Shown here piece after piece: positions 1-12,707 of a DNA stretch of 64,000 nt (positions are counted from its first letter, which is position 1; each line of letters starts with the position of its first letter). The notes below the pieces were generated by a model, which was not told where the DNA came from, searched no databases, and was given only the letters and a program-made list of their open reading frames with translations. The DNA is taken from positions 7,316,001 through 7,380,000 of the forward strand of contig JAYWIR010000002.1 of NCBI GenBank assembly GCA_036172245.1, given 5' to 3'. Made by a program: the position numbers and the translations under genes. The stretch comes from Raillietiella orientalis (Eukaryota).

Positions 1-1379
1 AGTCAACGCGCACGAGAGCCAGATGAAGCGGAGGAGAAAACACGAGGGGAACGAAAGTTCCAGGCGACTAGAAGCGGCTTGGAACCAGTTCTGTCGAGTC
101 CGTGGTCTCCTCCTGTGGCAATGCTTCCGACGCGCTGAGGAGCGCACTCTCAAAACACAGCCGAGCGAGCTGGTGGGAGCCGTCACTCCGCCCAACCGGG
201 CGAAGGAACCGCTTCTCTGGAGCGAGCTGTCGAGTGCACCCCCTCCCGAAGAACTCGCTGCCCTTCTCCCCCTGTGCGTGAGCTCTTCCGTGTTCCCCTT
301 GGAGCGGCAACCATCGGACGTGCTTCTGCTGCTGCACTGGGGTCTCCGGTGCGACCAGCTTAGGAGCCTGGTTCCTGGGGAGAAGGGGAGGATGGCATCC
401 CCCCAACTGTTTGCGGCGCGGGGCGATCGAATCGTTCCCACATCTGCTGCTGGACTGCGGCGCCCTCCAGGAACTTTAGCGGAGGATGGAGCCCTCACTC
501 CTGCACGCGGCGGAGGACGCTGCTGAGGATTTGCTGCGGCGACTCTTCGCGAGAGGCGGAGTCGCGCCGCTGTGGTTGCGACGACGTGCTGCGTCGTCGC
601 AGCCCGCCATGTTGGAGCTTCGGGCGCGGCGAGGGGAGGTCGCCTGCGTGCGGGCCGCCTACGCCTAAGTGAGGACGGCTGCCAGGTTGTCTCACCTGGG
701 AGGAAAAGTTAGGAAGGGGATCGAACGTCGGTTTCAGAAGGAAGGAACACCGGTGACCCCTGTCCTCGTCTTTCCTTTCGTTCCGAACTCTTCCCTGTAT
801 TCCGAGGAGGAACGAGACGAAGCAAAGACCCTGGTCCCCTCACCCTCCGCTTTCCTCCTTTCTTTGTTCCTTGTCCCCTTCCTCTTCCCGTTAAAGGACT
901 TTTCGAGATACAGACCTGCTTGTTGGTGGACCCTCCGATGGACTTGTTGTCTTTTGTTTTGGTTTCGGGGATCGCCTTCTTCCTGACCTTCTTGTTTATT
1001 TTTTTTTTCCTTTTTATAAAGGAAATGCCCCGGCGTCACCGGGTGAAAATCCAAGTGCAGCCTACGCACTCCAAGATGAGGTCCAAGCTTGCGCGGTCCC
1101 GCTGGCCAGTGGCTCCCGTCCCCATCCTATGCAAGTAGAAGGTCACGGAATGCTGTGAGCTCTCCGCGATCGGGCCGGTCTCGGGCCGGGAACGTGCGCA
1201 GCTATTGAGAACGCACCTGCGCTCGTTCGCGTCGCGGGAGTGGAAGAGTTTTCCACTTAAGGAGGAGGAATGAGGGGAAGGGGAGGGGCAAGCGGCCCGG
1301 TTTGAAACTCGACTGGTAAACCTTTCCTACTTCCTGATCGGTTGGGCAAGAAGGTACATTCGGGTGTCCGGCATAGAGT

Positions 1380-2700
1380 TGAGCGGGCACGCGAGGTCCA
1401 TCCCTGGATTTTTTCCCGAGGACGTTCTCGTTCGGTCCTCCACTCGGATGTGCAGACCCACCGCGATCCGTCGCATCAATCGGGCGGCTTTCGCTCGCCA
1501 TGGACACCGTCATCACCACCGTCGTCTCGAAGCAGCCAGGGAGCGGATGCTGGCGATGCCGGCATGAAAACCAGGAGCGAGAGAGGCGCCTTTTGGAGAC
1601 TTCCGCCTGCTCTGCGGACGCAGCAGCTGTACTTTGTTCTTGTGTTCGTGGAACGAAGACCAGGCGCGATCGTCCCATCCGTCGGAACCCGCGATCTGGA
1701 AATGCAGCTCGCGGATTCCAACAACCCCCAGGTGCTCTACAAGGAAACCCCGCGTGCGGTCTCGGTGTCCAGAAAGGAAGGAGCTGCTGCTTTGGATACT
1801 GCGTGCGTAGGTGGTTGCCTCCACCTTTCGAATGGGCTTCCCAAACCTGGGCGATGCTTGCAAATCGATCCCGTCACCCTCCCCCCGCTCCCTTTATCGT
1901 TACAGAAAAAGGTGGAAGAGGTGGAAGGTGAGCCATGGTCAGGTACCACCACGTCCCATCCTATCTCAGGTGACTGAGGACATATCTCCCCTGTGTCAAG
2001 TGTTCGAGCTAGAAGATTTCGTCCCCACGCTCTTTTCCAAGTGCCTCCAAAAGCCAGACGTCTCGCTGCTCTCTTGGCAGAGATTGGCCACCACCCTCGC
2101 CGTCTTGCAAAGTTTCAATCAGTGTTTCCAAGCATCAGTTGGTCAGCATGGCAATACAGCACACGTCTCGTTTTGGCGAAGCCATCATGCATCAATTAGA
2201 GCTCAAGATTACCCGCTGAAGGCGTCCTTCATTTGCAGAATGCACCCAAGATGGTGCAATGTTTTCTCGCCTCGGCAACGCCATTGCTTTCGTTTATCCC
2301 ACGCGCAGCTGTGTTTGCTTGCGCACGCGAGTCATGGGACCCTCAATACGCGAAGACCTGAGATCACCGGAGGATCGATGTAACGGAACGACTGGATAAC
2401 CATGGCGAATGCTACACTTAAACTTGCTGGAACTGGAAGAGATCGAGCGTCGTTTCGTGCTACATGGCACCAACACTCCTCCTTGGTGCTCCTCGCTCTT
2501 GACAGTCGCGCGCGGCTCCGCGCACGATTCCTGCAGAGTGCCGCTTCTGATTAGCTTAAGGTCGCCCTGTTGCCGGGGCTGGCAATACGCTTTCTTCTTA
2601 TCAAGGACAATGGAAATCCTTGAACCATCAGCATCAGTTAAAAGCTCCGAGCGTTCCGGTGATTCCCTCTCTCGAGCCGCCAATCCGCGCCTCACTCATC
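1380..2700 (-). mobile_element. Heavily degraded Ty3/Gypsy LTR-retrotransposon pol fragment (RNase H to integrase)
   Basis: Minus-strand translation across frameshifts gives, in Gypsy order: SKFKCSIRHGYP (cf. RKFTLVTDHKPL, RNase H); FARRRGWWP at ~2085-2110 (cf. LARxxVWWP, integrase zinc-binding region); DVVVPDHGSPSTSSTFFCNDKG at ~1895-1955 (cf. IVSDNGPQFTSxxFxxFC, rve core); MGRSRL...CRHRQHPLPG (cf. LMGRxLRT...DRRHRARPLP). Many stops and frameshifts. Confidence 0.6.
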
Positions 2701-4096
2701 TTCCGGCTTTCTTTCCCATGCTCGGGTATCCGCGCCGATCAGTCTTTCCTCCTACCTTCGGGACTCCTCGCTTGCCTAGGCGTCGTCGTACGAACGCCTA
2801 GCTTTCCCCCGACTTTCGAACCGACTGACCAGGAGCGAAGGTCTCCTCGTCTGCCAAGAACCGATGCCTCCCCCCCCCTTTCGAGATTTGTTCCGCCTTT
2901 TTTTCCCATTTGTGGTGCGAATGCAGGCATTCCCGAGAGATGAGGTCGAATTTTTCAGATGTTTCTGGCTGGCTGCTCTTCGCATTTCCAGAACCTGCTT
3001 CTCAGAGCTCTCCGATGACACGGCGGCAAACTGCCAGCGACCACCACCACATTTCCAGTGGGTCTTTTTTTCTTTTTTCTGGAAATAACGTTTTCTTTCC
3101 ATTCAAGTTAAGATTTCTGCTCCTGGTCTGGAATGCGTCGAAAGATGCGCTGCTGCCGAGTCGTTGCTTTGATTTTCTCTTCCTCGAGATCACCCTCCGT
3201 ATGCATCACAGGAAGATTCCCTCATCACGTGATGAGGAAGGCGCGTCTGGGATCCTGACTGGGGTTGATTCGTCCGGGCTGACTCTGAGGAACATTCTGC
3301 GATGCACTCCATCTGGGCGGTCTCCTTCACGGCTGCCTTCATGCTCAAAGTTTCCGTGGAGAAGTTTCGTATTTGACATCATCGTTCGCTTCTACCAGGA
3401 AACAGAGCAGGACAACGTGGAGTCATGCTGGAAGACCTTAGTGGGATCTGACATCCATGAACTACAGTTCTTGCGACTAACGGCTTCTGTTCCATTTAGT
3501 CAGTTACTTGGTCAGGAATTTTTTTCCATCGTAGCTCAAAGTCCACGTCGTGGCGCGCTTCGTGAACTTGTTGCCCTCAGTGGCTAACGGATCAGGGGCA
3601 TGACCGGCTTTGCGTTGTGGTAGGGAACATCCTGCATCCTCTGATAACCGGACCATCAAAGCTGGAGCTGAAATCGCTCCCTATGGCTGTTTACAAAGTC
3701 AGCTCGAGCAGGGGAAGCATCTATTCTTACGGGAGGAGCAAGGGGGACCCGATCTGCCTGGCCAAACCACGAGGTTTTGCAGCACATTTTCCTCGTTCTT
3801 TTTTTCCACGCCTGCGGAGGACTGGTCGGAGCAGCCGTTCATTCATCCGAGCTTGCTCCCAGACGGAATTCTCAAGGGCAGCAGAAAGGGAAAACAACTG
3901 CCGTGTTTTCTGGCCACTCCGATGACAAGTACCACTCTTGAACTTTGGACGGAACTCGCTTTCGCGTTTGGCTGTTCTCAGGTTCAGAGATCGGCTGCAG
4001 GAGATTCGCGGCTTTCACCTGCAGCCGGCATCGGCCACGACATGGCGAAGCGCAGTCGAAAGGGACCCACGCGTCCAGCGCGACGCGCTTCGGGGA

Positions 4097-4097
<1 letters not shown>

Positions 4098-4128
<31 letters not shown>

Positions 4129-4132
4129 AGGG
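4098..4132. repeat. (GA)n microsatellite grading into (GGGA)n
   Basis: Directly visible. Confidence 0.95.
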
Positions 4133-6689
4133 AAAAAAACAGCAACCGCAACTGCCGAAAGATCTGCCATCTGTCAAGAGAAATGCAGACCTACACGTGT
4201 TCGATCGACTGCAACAGTTGAGCGATCCACCTTTCTAAATGGAGGCGCTACTCTTTTCCACTCTTTTCCGTATCACTTTCTGATGAGATGAGAATCAAGC
4301 AAGGCTGGAAGAGTTCGATCTCCGCAGACACCAACCAGCTGGAGCAAGGCGGCCAACGAGGCAGCAGCCATTGGAAAACGCGAATAATTCTCTCTGTTCG
4401 TTTTTTTTTTTTTTTTGTATCCTCACTTCAATGAACCAACCGGAAGTTGAGCATGGAAACGCCAACTCAGGTAGGATCTCGGCACTCTCAAGTCCTAGAT
4501 GAAGGGGAGGCACGTCGTCCACCTGAGAAGATTAATAGAGATGCAGTTTTCCCTCTAGCTGAAAGCAAATTCTTCTGCCACGAATCAGCGGTCCCGTTTG
4601 CAGCAAGAACGCATGTTTCTAAGGAGGGCACGTTTCTGTCCTTCTCTGCCTCCTCCTTAAGATCCACAAATATTCAAACAGGATGCTCGGTTGCTCGCTT
4701 CAGAAGCTCTTTGCTCTGGCTGCTTCACTACCGATTACAAGCCATCTCGTTGAGCCGAGGAGTCGGCCCTCTCTTTGGTACGATTTATGGTATAGGACAG
4801 CTCTTTCATGATCCCCTTTCGTCAGGGCCACAAAGGACTTTCGCCCAAATGCTAACCTGATGAGCGCATTCTCTCTAGGAAGGAGACATTCGGCAGGGAA
4901 TGCCCCCTCCCTCCCTCCCTCCCGCTAGTGCCTGCAGACTTATTTTTTTCATCTCCCGACGGGTCCCATATCAGAATTTCATCGTGATTGTGACGATTGA
5001 TTGCAAAGACACTGCTGCACTATATGAGCCCCGCATCTGCTCCGTACTCCATTACTAAACGTCGTACCCATTGTAAGAGGAGACACGGGAGTACGTCATG
5101 GTTCAGGAGTTGCTACAGCAACACGGCATCATCCTGAATCTGACGCGAAAAGGTACCGCTACTACTATTACTACGATAGGTAAGAAAAGTACGTCGAGAT
5201 CAAGGTTCGTGGGAACCCTCCAAAACCTTCGGTGACACCCACGGTCTGTGTCCTAATTGCTGCTCTACGAGAGCCGCGTATCATGGCTCATGGAATAGGA
5301 CGAGAATCGTTACTGGTCCTCATCGTGGTCCCGTTGGCAAGAAATGTCCGTTTCTGTAGCCGCAGAATCAGTCACCATCGCATCTTCATCGTCAGTGGAC
5401 GACATTGCAAATAAATAAGATAACCGTTGGCTGCAGATGGATGGGGAGAGTACATCGGCGCAATCATATCTTGGAGAAAGCTTTGTGCACGTTTTACGGA
5501 GATTTAAACCATTGCTTTCTATAATTATGGCAAATTTCTTCTTGTTGTTTTTGTCAAGATGACTCTTTGGACCTCTATGCGAATTCTTCACATTTCAAAG
5601 GTTTCTTTTTTTTCGTTTGGAATTTTTAGCATCTCTCTGGCCTGATCAGAGAAGGCGTGCGCAACCGGCAGGCTGATTCTGCTCAGAACTCGAATTTCGC
5701 CTGCTGACCATGTGTGCTTTCGGCGTGGACCGTGTGCTCACGCTGCAGTTTCGGCGCATCATGGCGTGTCAGATCGCACTGGTGCCAGCTGTTTTCTTGC
5801 TGTCGCCATCAAACTGGACAGAAACCGAGTGCGATGCACAAAAACGCCCTTGCGAACGAAACAGTTCACATTGCCGCTGGTGAATTTCCAGAAACACTTC
5901 CAACTCCGAAAGCTCCCGGTTCTGTTCCCTCACCCCACCGCTCCCTTCATCGGCACTGAAACGCATCCACGCTCAAAGTCCGCGTGACCTCTGTGCGGAC
6001 CAAGGAAGTAAATGCCAGTTTGCAATATCAAAGGTCGCCGTATCTTTGCACGCCGCAATTAGCAACCTCTGAATATTCCCTGCCCACGTTATTATTCATG
6101 AATATTCACACTATACACCATGTGCATTCGCTCGCCCTGTTTGTCAGCGACGAACATCGGATGTGTGCACGATTAGTCAGTGGATCCATATCACGATTTC
6201 TTGTTTGATGGTTTCCCATCCTCATACACAATTCAACTCGTGTAGGCATCGAAGAAATGGAAATCACGAACTGTACAATTCGTTTCTGACCGAAACCGAG
6301 TTGGACAACTGTTGCAAAATGAAGCTGTACAAAGCGGAGTGAACACGTGCAAACGAATCCAACGGTCCGTTTTGCAACGAGAAATAAAGTCGTACGCTCA
6401 CGCGTGGAAATATGAGCAGATGTTCTGTTTCTCTAAGGGATGCTGATTGCTTTCCTTTAACTTGTGAGCTCTTCTAACTCTCATCTGATGCCTTGCAGGT
6501 TTCCAGGTTGCCCGGCACCACACGAGGATGTTGTCACCCACCGATCTTTGTTTTGAAGAAAGAAGAAGTTCTTTCCGTTCTGTCTTCTGCAGCCCACCAG
6601 TCGGCAAGTGTCCACCTCGTGGCAAACACTATTTTGCAATATTGCGTGTTGTCCTGATGGAGGTTGCGTGGAAAAAAAAAAAAAAGTCT

Positions 6690-7250
6690 CGGGGAAGATC
6701 CAGGAATCTGTTTGGTCACCCTTTCCAAGGCAAAGCGATCGTAGTCGGGAATCTTCAACTCTTTTGCTCACTTACAACTCCTGCAGGTGTTCATCCCTCC
6801 TCGTACAGTACGTTGGAAGGCTTGGTGAAAGAAAACAACGACTGAGAGCACTATGGGACTTTGTCATGCAGTGATCAGAAAATGATGATTCTTCGACTGA
6901 GGTGCCGAGTGTTTCCGAGGCCGCAAGAAAGAACTCCCATCGGAAAGAACTCGCTGCTGAACGCACCCACGAGTGGAAATGCAACGACCTCAGCTTTTTC
7001 CTTGAATTCCCGCTCTTCGGCCGTGGAAGATCGCACAAACTGCCATCGAGGTTTTCGTTTTCTGCAATGCCGGAGCATCCTTAGATGGTGGAGCACTGTC
7101 GCTTATAAAAATACATAAACAAAAGACCCAGCTTCTGTTTTCTAATGAACATTCCAAGGCCCGCCTCCCGAAGAATAAAGTAGGAGGAACAGTTTGACAA
7201 AGTCAAGACATGTGCAGTTTGGTTCCCCTAATAAATAAAAATAAATAAAT
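6690..7250 (+). mobile_element. Possible decayed 3' end of a non-LTR retrotransposon (CR1/L2/Jockey-like) with an (AAAT)n-like tail
   Basis: Weak resemblance of TLLLTYNS and nearby text to the LINE RT C-terminal LLxxYKSLVRPxLEY block; ATAAATAAAAATAAATAAAT at 7231-7250. Confidence 0.25.
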
Positions 7251-7368
7251 AGGTAAAGGCCCAGCTTCTGTTTCTAATAAATATTCCAAGACCTGTCGCA
7301 TTCGGAATAAATTTAGTAGGAGTAAATAGCGTGGGAAAGTCAAGAGATGTGCAGCTTGGTTCCCCTAA
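7122..7368 (+). repeat. Imperfect tandem duplication, two ~112-bp units (7122-7232, 7255-7368)
   Basis: Both units read CCCAGCTTCTGTTT(T)CTAAT..ATTCCAAG..GAATAAA..GTAGGAG..AAAGTCAAGA.ATGTGCAG.TTGGTTCCCCTAA. Confidence 0.9.
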
Positions 7369-7560
7369 CAACTGATTCCTTCGTGCGTCTCATACTGATG
7401 CATCTGCTTGATTCATCTCATTATCGTCATAATTCATTCCATCGGCTGTGGTTGCATACGATTGACACCTTTTTGCTAAAAGGGTGATCGAAAAGTCCCT
7501 CTGCAACAGTCCCTACGAAAAATTCGGGGAGATGGAAAACCTTCACGCGGGAAGATTCGA

Positions 7561-7760
7561 AGTAGAAAAAAAAAAAGTATTTTTTGTTTTTTTTTTTTTT
7601 GTTTTTTTTTTTTTTTTTTACTCTTGCTGGTTTAACCAACCCCCTTCGAAAAATTTCAAAGTTCTTGTGCGAGAGACGCTGGGGGGGGGGGGGGAAAGGG
7701 GGAGTGGGGAGGAGGGAGGGAGGGAGGGAAAGAAGAAGAAGGAGAGAAAAAAAAAAAAGG
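7561..7760. repeat. Low-complexity block: poly-A, poly-T, poly-G/(GGGA)n and poly-A
   Basis: Directly visible homopolymer runs; G14 at 7681-7694 followed by several GGG tracts. Confidence 0.95.
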
Positions 7761-10700
7761 AGCAGTCGGGGATTGCGTCACGGAGATCCTCACGGAGTCA
7801 GTGGACAGTTCTCGTGGAAAGTATAGATCCCTGGCTGAATATGGAGGAGCCCTTGAAGCCTCTGCGCATTCGGATGTGGTTCCGTGCGGTCGTGTGTCGG
7901 TGCGTTGCGTGTGAGCAAAATGACGTAAATGTGCCCACATATGTGTTGCAGGAAATGGAACGCTTTTCCCGTTGAAAAGTAATGCACACGCCGAAAGGAA
8001 TCGAAAGACCGTCCGGTGAGTATTCCTGTGGATTTTCCCAAGTTGATTCGCACGCGATTCCGCCCGCAAACAAATGGGTCGAAAACGAGCCTGTAATGAA
8101 TGGATGCTGCTTGCCGAAGATGTTTGCCAGAATATTGCCGGCAGTTATCTGTTGCTAAGATATTCAAAACGACTGGCAACTTCTTATTTATATATCTCGT
8201 TTTGTGTGTGTGCGCCTTCCCGAATGCGCGCCGGGTTTCTTCCTGTGTCAACGCAGACGCGATGCCATTCTTCTTGTTCACCCGAAAGGAACACACACAT
8301 ACACACACAAACACACACACAAAAAAAAGAGAGAGAAAAAAAAAAAGCGGATGGCTGCTGCAGCCTGCGATCTCTTCCAGAACTGCCTTTCGGAACAAAA
8401 AAAAAGGAAGAAGTTCCTCTCTTTCGCAATATCTTGGTTGTGTGCGGTGGCTTGCTGTTGGGATGCTTTTCCCGTCTCGGAGATCTTTGGGATTAAATTT
8501 AGTGCATCGGCTTCGCGTGTTCCGCAGGGGAGAGCACGCACTGGAAAGGGAACGTGCTGGCTCGCGTTCCACGCTCCCACAAGCAGCTCCGTCGGTGTGT
8601 GCAGCATCGGAACGCTTCCTGGCAACACCCATCCTCGCGTGCGTTCACGTGTACGTGTGCTGTTTTCGAAACGAAAGCGAATCTGCACGCCATTTCTTTG
8701 TGCTCGGCATGGTGTGTCCTCTGATTTGCGTAACTCCGATGACCCTAATACGAATTTTCGCTCTCTGTGCCTCCGTTTGTGTGTGCGCGCGCGCGCAACT
8801 GTGCCGGGGGGGGGGGGCGCCCTCCCCCCCTTCGAACGTGCACAGCTCGCCTTCGCTGCGAATTCCGTCGAATCGGGGTCCGCAGTGAGGCGTACTGGAG
8901 CGTACACGACGTGTACAACACGCCGCTGCGTTACGTCAGGCCGGGGCCGAGTGCACATCCTCGATACAATTCGGGGGATCCCGAATAGATGGCAGGGCAA
9001 AAGGGGAGGAGAAGCGGCATGGCTGCTGCTGCTTTCCCCTGCCATCTAGCTGGAGCGGTGCCGCCATCCCAGCTGACTGGGGTTCACCGAGTGCCTCCCT
9101 GACGGGGGAGCGGCGGAAGCGTCGCCGCCGACCCACAGCCAGGGACCGGCACGGTGGCGTCCCTTCCGGAATGAAAGGGCGACGGGGAACGAAACCCCAC
9201 ATTTTGAAACCGAGCATCCGTCGTTGGTGGTTTGGCTTCAGCTAAAAAGACGGGACGTGCGAAGGGCTTTGAGAGCCGCCGCCGTTCCCGTGAAGAGGCG
9301 CTGTCGACGCCGGGACCGCGTCCAGAAGGTTTTTCTTTTTTTTTCCATCGGGGTTTTGGGGTCTGCATAACATGAGGTTGGGAAACAAACCATTCGGTCG
9401 GTTTTGAAAATCGCTAATAGAACAAAATTCAAAAAAAAAAAAAGTGTATTTGTTTTGGAAGACTTTTCCCGTTGAATAGCAGCTGTTTTGATTGTACACT
9501 TGTCGATTCGCATGTCGTTGGTCTGTAAGGACATTCTGAAAAGGAAAGGGGGAGGAGCAAACTTGCAAAACGCATGCCACCAGCGTGCTGAAAGCACGAG
9601 AGTACCATCGATCACGAAGCATTTCAGTTCTCCTCTCTTTTTTTTTTCTTTCTTTCTTTCTTCCTTCCTTTTTTTTTTTTTTTTTTTTTTTTCATTATTC
9701 CTTTTTTGTATGGGGAAATTCTCTGGATTGCATAACCTGTCTGTCTCTTGGAACTTGATCAAAGAATATCATTCCCCCCCCCCTCCTCCCCGCAAGGCTT
9801 ACGTAATCCCCACGAATCGCTTGCAGACCAACTCGACGACCGAAATTCTGAATGAAAAGCTCCAGGCGTCGGGCAACGCGCCTCCGCTGTGGAAGCGTTG
9901 GTGAGTGTTGTGCTTCACTCGGTTTCGCATTTCCCGTGCTGGAGGTTCCCATATCCGGTGGGAGACCACAGAGTGTCCATGGAAGATGGAGGGGATCGCG
10001 GGATGGGGATAGGAGGGGCAGTGGGGGAGTCCTGCGACTCGCAAGCAAGGAAGGCCTCCGTCGAGAGGAAACGGTGCAGTTCGAGCTTCCGCTGCACGGG
10101 CTGCTGCCGCCCCCTCATGAGGTCCTGCTGGAGTCACTGTAGGGATTCCCCAGGCGTTGGATTGGTCGCGGTGTTCCCATCGTAGCTCACCCTGGTGCCT
10201 TGCTGCAGCCGTGCCGGGGTTTTCTTCCCCTTGGGGGATATGGTTGTGGATCCGCTGACCGAGTCGCTGGCGCTTTTTTCCGCAATGTCACGCTGGGGTT
10301 GCCTGCTCGAGCGAAGTGCTGTCTGGACGGGGGTCGCTGAGAATGTAGCCCTTCCCCTCTTCTTCTGGTTTGGTAACAGGGTTCAGCAGGAAACACGTGT
10401 TCAGCAGTTCACTGTTCATCCCGTTTTGACGTCTTGCGTGCGTTTTGGAAGATGAGGAAAAACGTCCTTTCCTGTCCTTCCAAATGCCTTTCTGGTCTTG
10501 ACGGTCGTGCCGGTTTTGTCTGATCGCTGTGGTTAAATTTCGATGCTTCCCGTATACGTCCGAACGGCTTCTGTTTTCAAAACGGACACGTATCTGCTTC
10601 CGTCTCCTCCACCCTCGATGGAACCAACGGGTGCATCCGAAACGGAATTCGCTTCATCTCCGATTTAACGGAAGTCGAAATGCGGACGAAACGAAGAAGG

Positions 10701-11175
10701 CGCACCGCTTTGCTCTCCGAGAAGGTCGGTGTTTTCTCCCCAATGCTTTTTTCCCGCAAGCAGCTGCAGCTTGACGTGTCTTCGCTGCATCTTCTCGGTA
10801 GCAAGTAGTTGGCTGCCCTCTCCACGCGAGCACGCCTTTCTTTCTTTCTTTCTTTCTTTTTTTGCTCGACTTTTTTTGCATCTCACCGGAGGTTCCGCCG
10901 GCTCGTGGACTTGCGTCGGCTCCAGAAGTTCATTTCGATTCCCTTTTTCTCTCTCCCACTGTCGTCCCGTGCTTACGTATCTATTATCTATCTTTCGCCC
11001 GCGAATTTCAAGCGTATCCAGAACGTGCAGGCACTTCCAGACAGGAATGGGTGGGCTGCTTCTATTTGAAACGGAGCCTGACGCGGGCTCCGTCTTTCCT
11101 TCGCTTTCTAACTGGGAGCTGCGTTTCCGTACGGAAAAAGTCTTTGGATTTCGGACCTTCCCTTTGCCCCCTATG

Positions 11176-11177
<2 letters not shown>

Positions 11178-11223
<46 letters not shown>
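11178..11223. repeat. (GT)n microsatellite, ~23 units
   Basis: Directly visible. Confidence 0.98.
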
Positions 11224-11226
<3 letters not shown>

Positions 11227-12707
11227 GCTCGAATGTTGTGCGTTTTTTTTTTATTTATGCAGCGGCCAGCAAGAAAATCCAATTTCGAAGAAAAAGACGA
11301 AAGCATCTTTGTCATTCCTTGTTAGCAACGGAGCACAGAGCTCCTGCATCTTCACCGATTGACCTGTGCGTTTCCGAAAATAAATCACAAATGTAGGTGT
11401 TCCCTCCCCCTACTCATGTTGTGATTTATTTGGGATTCAATTCATTTATTATGCCAACATTCGTTGATTCGCTTTGACCCAATCTGCAGACCCTTCTGAG
11501 AGCTTGTTCCATAATCTTCCAGGTGAGGCAAGCAAGCTGGTTCCAGGCTGCGCTTTTCAAAAATTGTAGCTCTTCCCATTTCATCTGTTTGCCTCATCAG
11601 CTCGTCGCTCATCCTCTCCGCCGAATCTATGCATCTATCGAGCCATGCATCTATTTGTTTGGCTTTTGGGTCTGTCTCATTTTCTCCTTCATGAAAATGA
11701 CAGGTTATCAGTAAACCGTTGAGCGAGGAGCGGTCCGTTCCTACGTTTTCTTGCACCGCACTTGTTTTGTCAGTTTTTTTTGGACGCAACTCCCATTCGG
11801 CTGCTGGGACGAAAGTGAACTCTCCTCCTCCCTCGACGTCTCAACGTTCTTTTGCCAACAGGCTCACCAGAGGCAGATCTGCTTTGTGACTGTCGGTACG
11901 AGGTTGCTTCTGGACAAAGGCTACAGGAACGAGTGGTCACGTAGGGTGCGGTGTCGTTCGCGGTTTGGCCATCAAGAGAGGACGTCAGTTACGAGACACC
12001 AAAAAAAGAAAAAGCCCCGTTTCCTAACCTTCCTCTCAAGTAGTTCCCAGCGGTTCGTGATTTCAGACGGCTTCGTCGTTTCCGAATCCCTGGCGCGAAA
12101 CCGGGCAACTTCCCGAAGATGCTTGAGCGGATGAGAAGCGCTGTGGAGACGACGCGAACGTGGAATGCGAGTCTCCGCGGGGCGCTCGTCAACCAGACCG
12201 ATCGCGGCGCCGTCGACGGACCGTCAGCATCCTTCCGTGAAGGAGCTTCGGTCTGTTCTGCGGCGACGCGCGTCATCAAGGAGTTCCACGTCCCGATTTC
12301 TGCGCGCTTGCTGAATGATTTTCGGGGCTCAAGACTTTTTGCCTGCTGGTATGGTGGGCGCGCGTCACGGTTCCAGTTTTTTCCGCAGCGGAATCGCCCT
12401 TGGATCGTTTCCAGGTGCCCGGTTTCGTCGCACCGTTTCTTGCGCTGCCGTCCCGTCTCAGAGGAAGAAGCGAAACTTTGGAAAGTACGCCCTTTTTTTT
12501 CCCCGTGTGGACTCGGTGTGCTTGCGGATCCTCGGAACCGTAGCAACCGACTCCCAGGTGAAAGCAGGCTGCTGGTTTTCGGCTGCGCCTGTCTGCGCTT
12601 TCCAAAGATTTTGGCCCTTCGTTTCGTCACGTCCACATTCGTCGAAAGCTCGCTCTTGTTCGCTTTTGCTTCCGGAATGCAGTTTTCTGTTTCCAGGGAA
12701 CGTCGCT

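Noticed and set aside
3200..3590. Possible gag remnant of the Gypsy fossil (minus strand)
   Set aside because: Only one weak motif resemblance; not enough to call.
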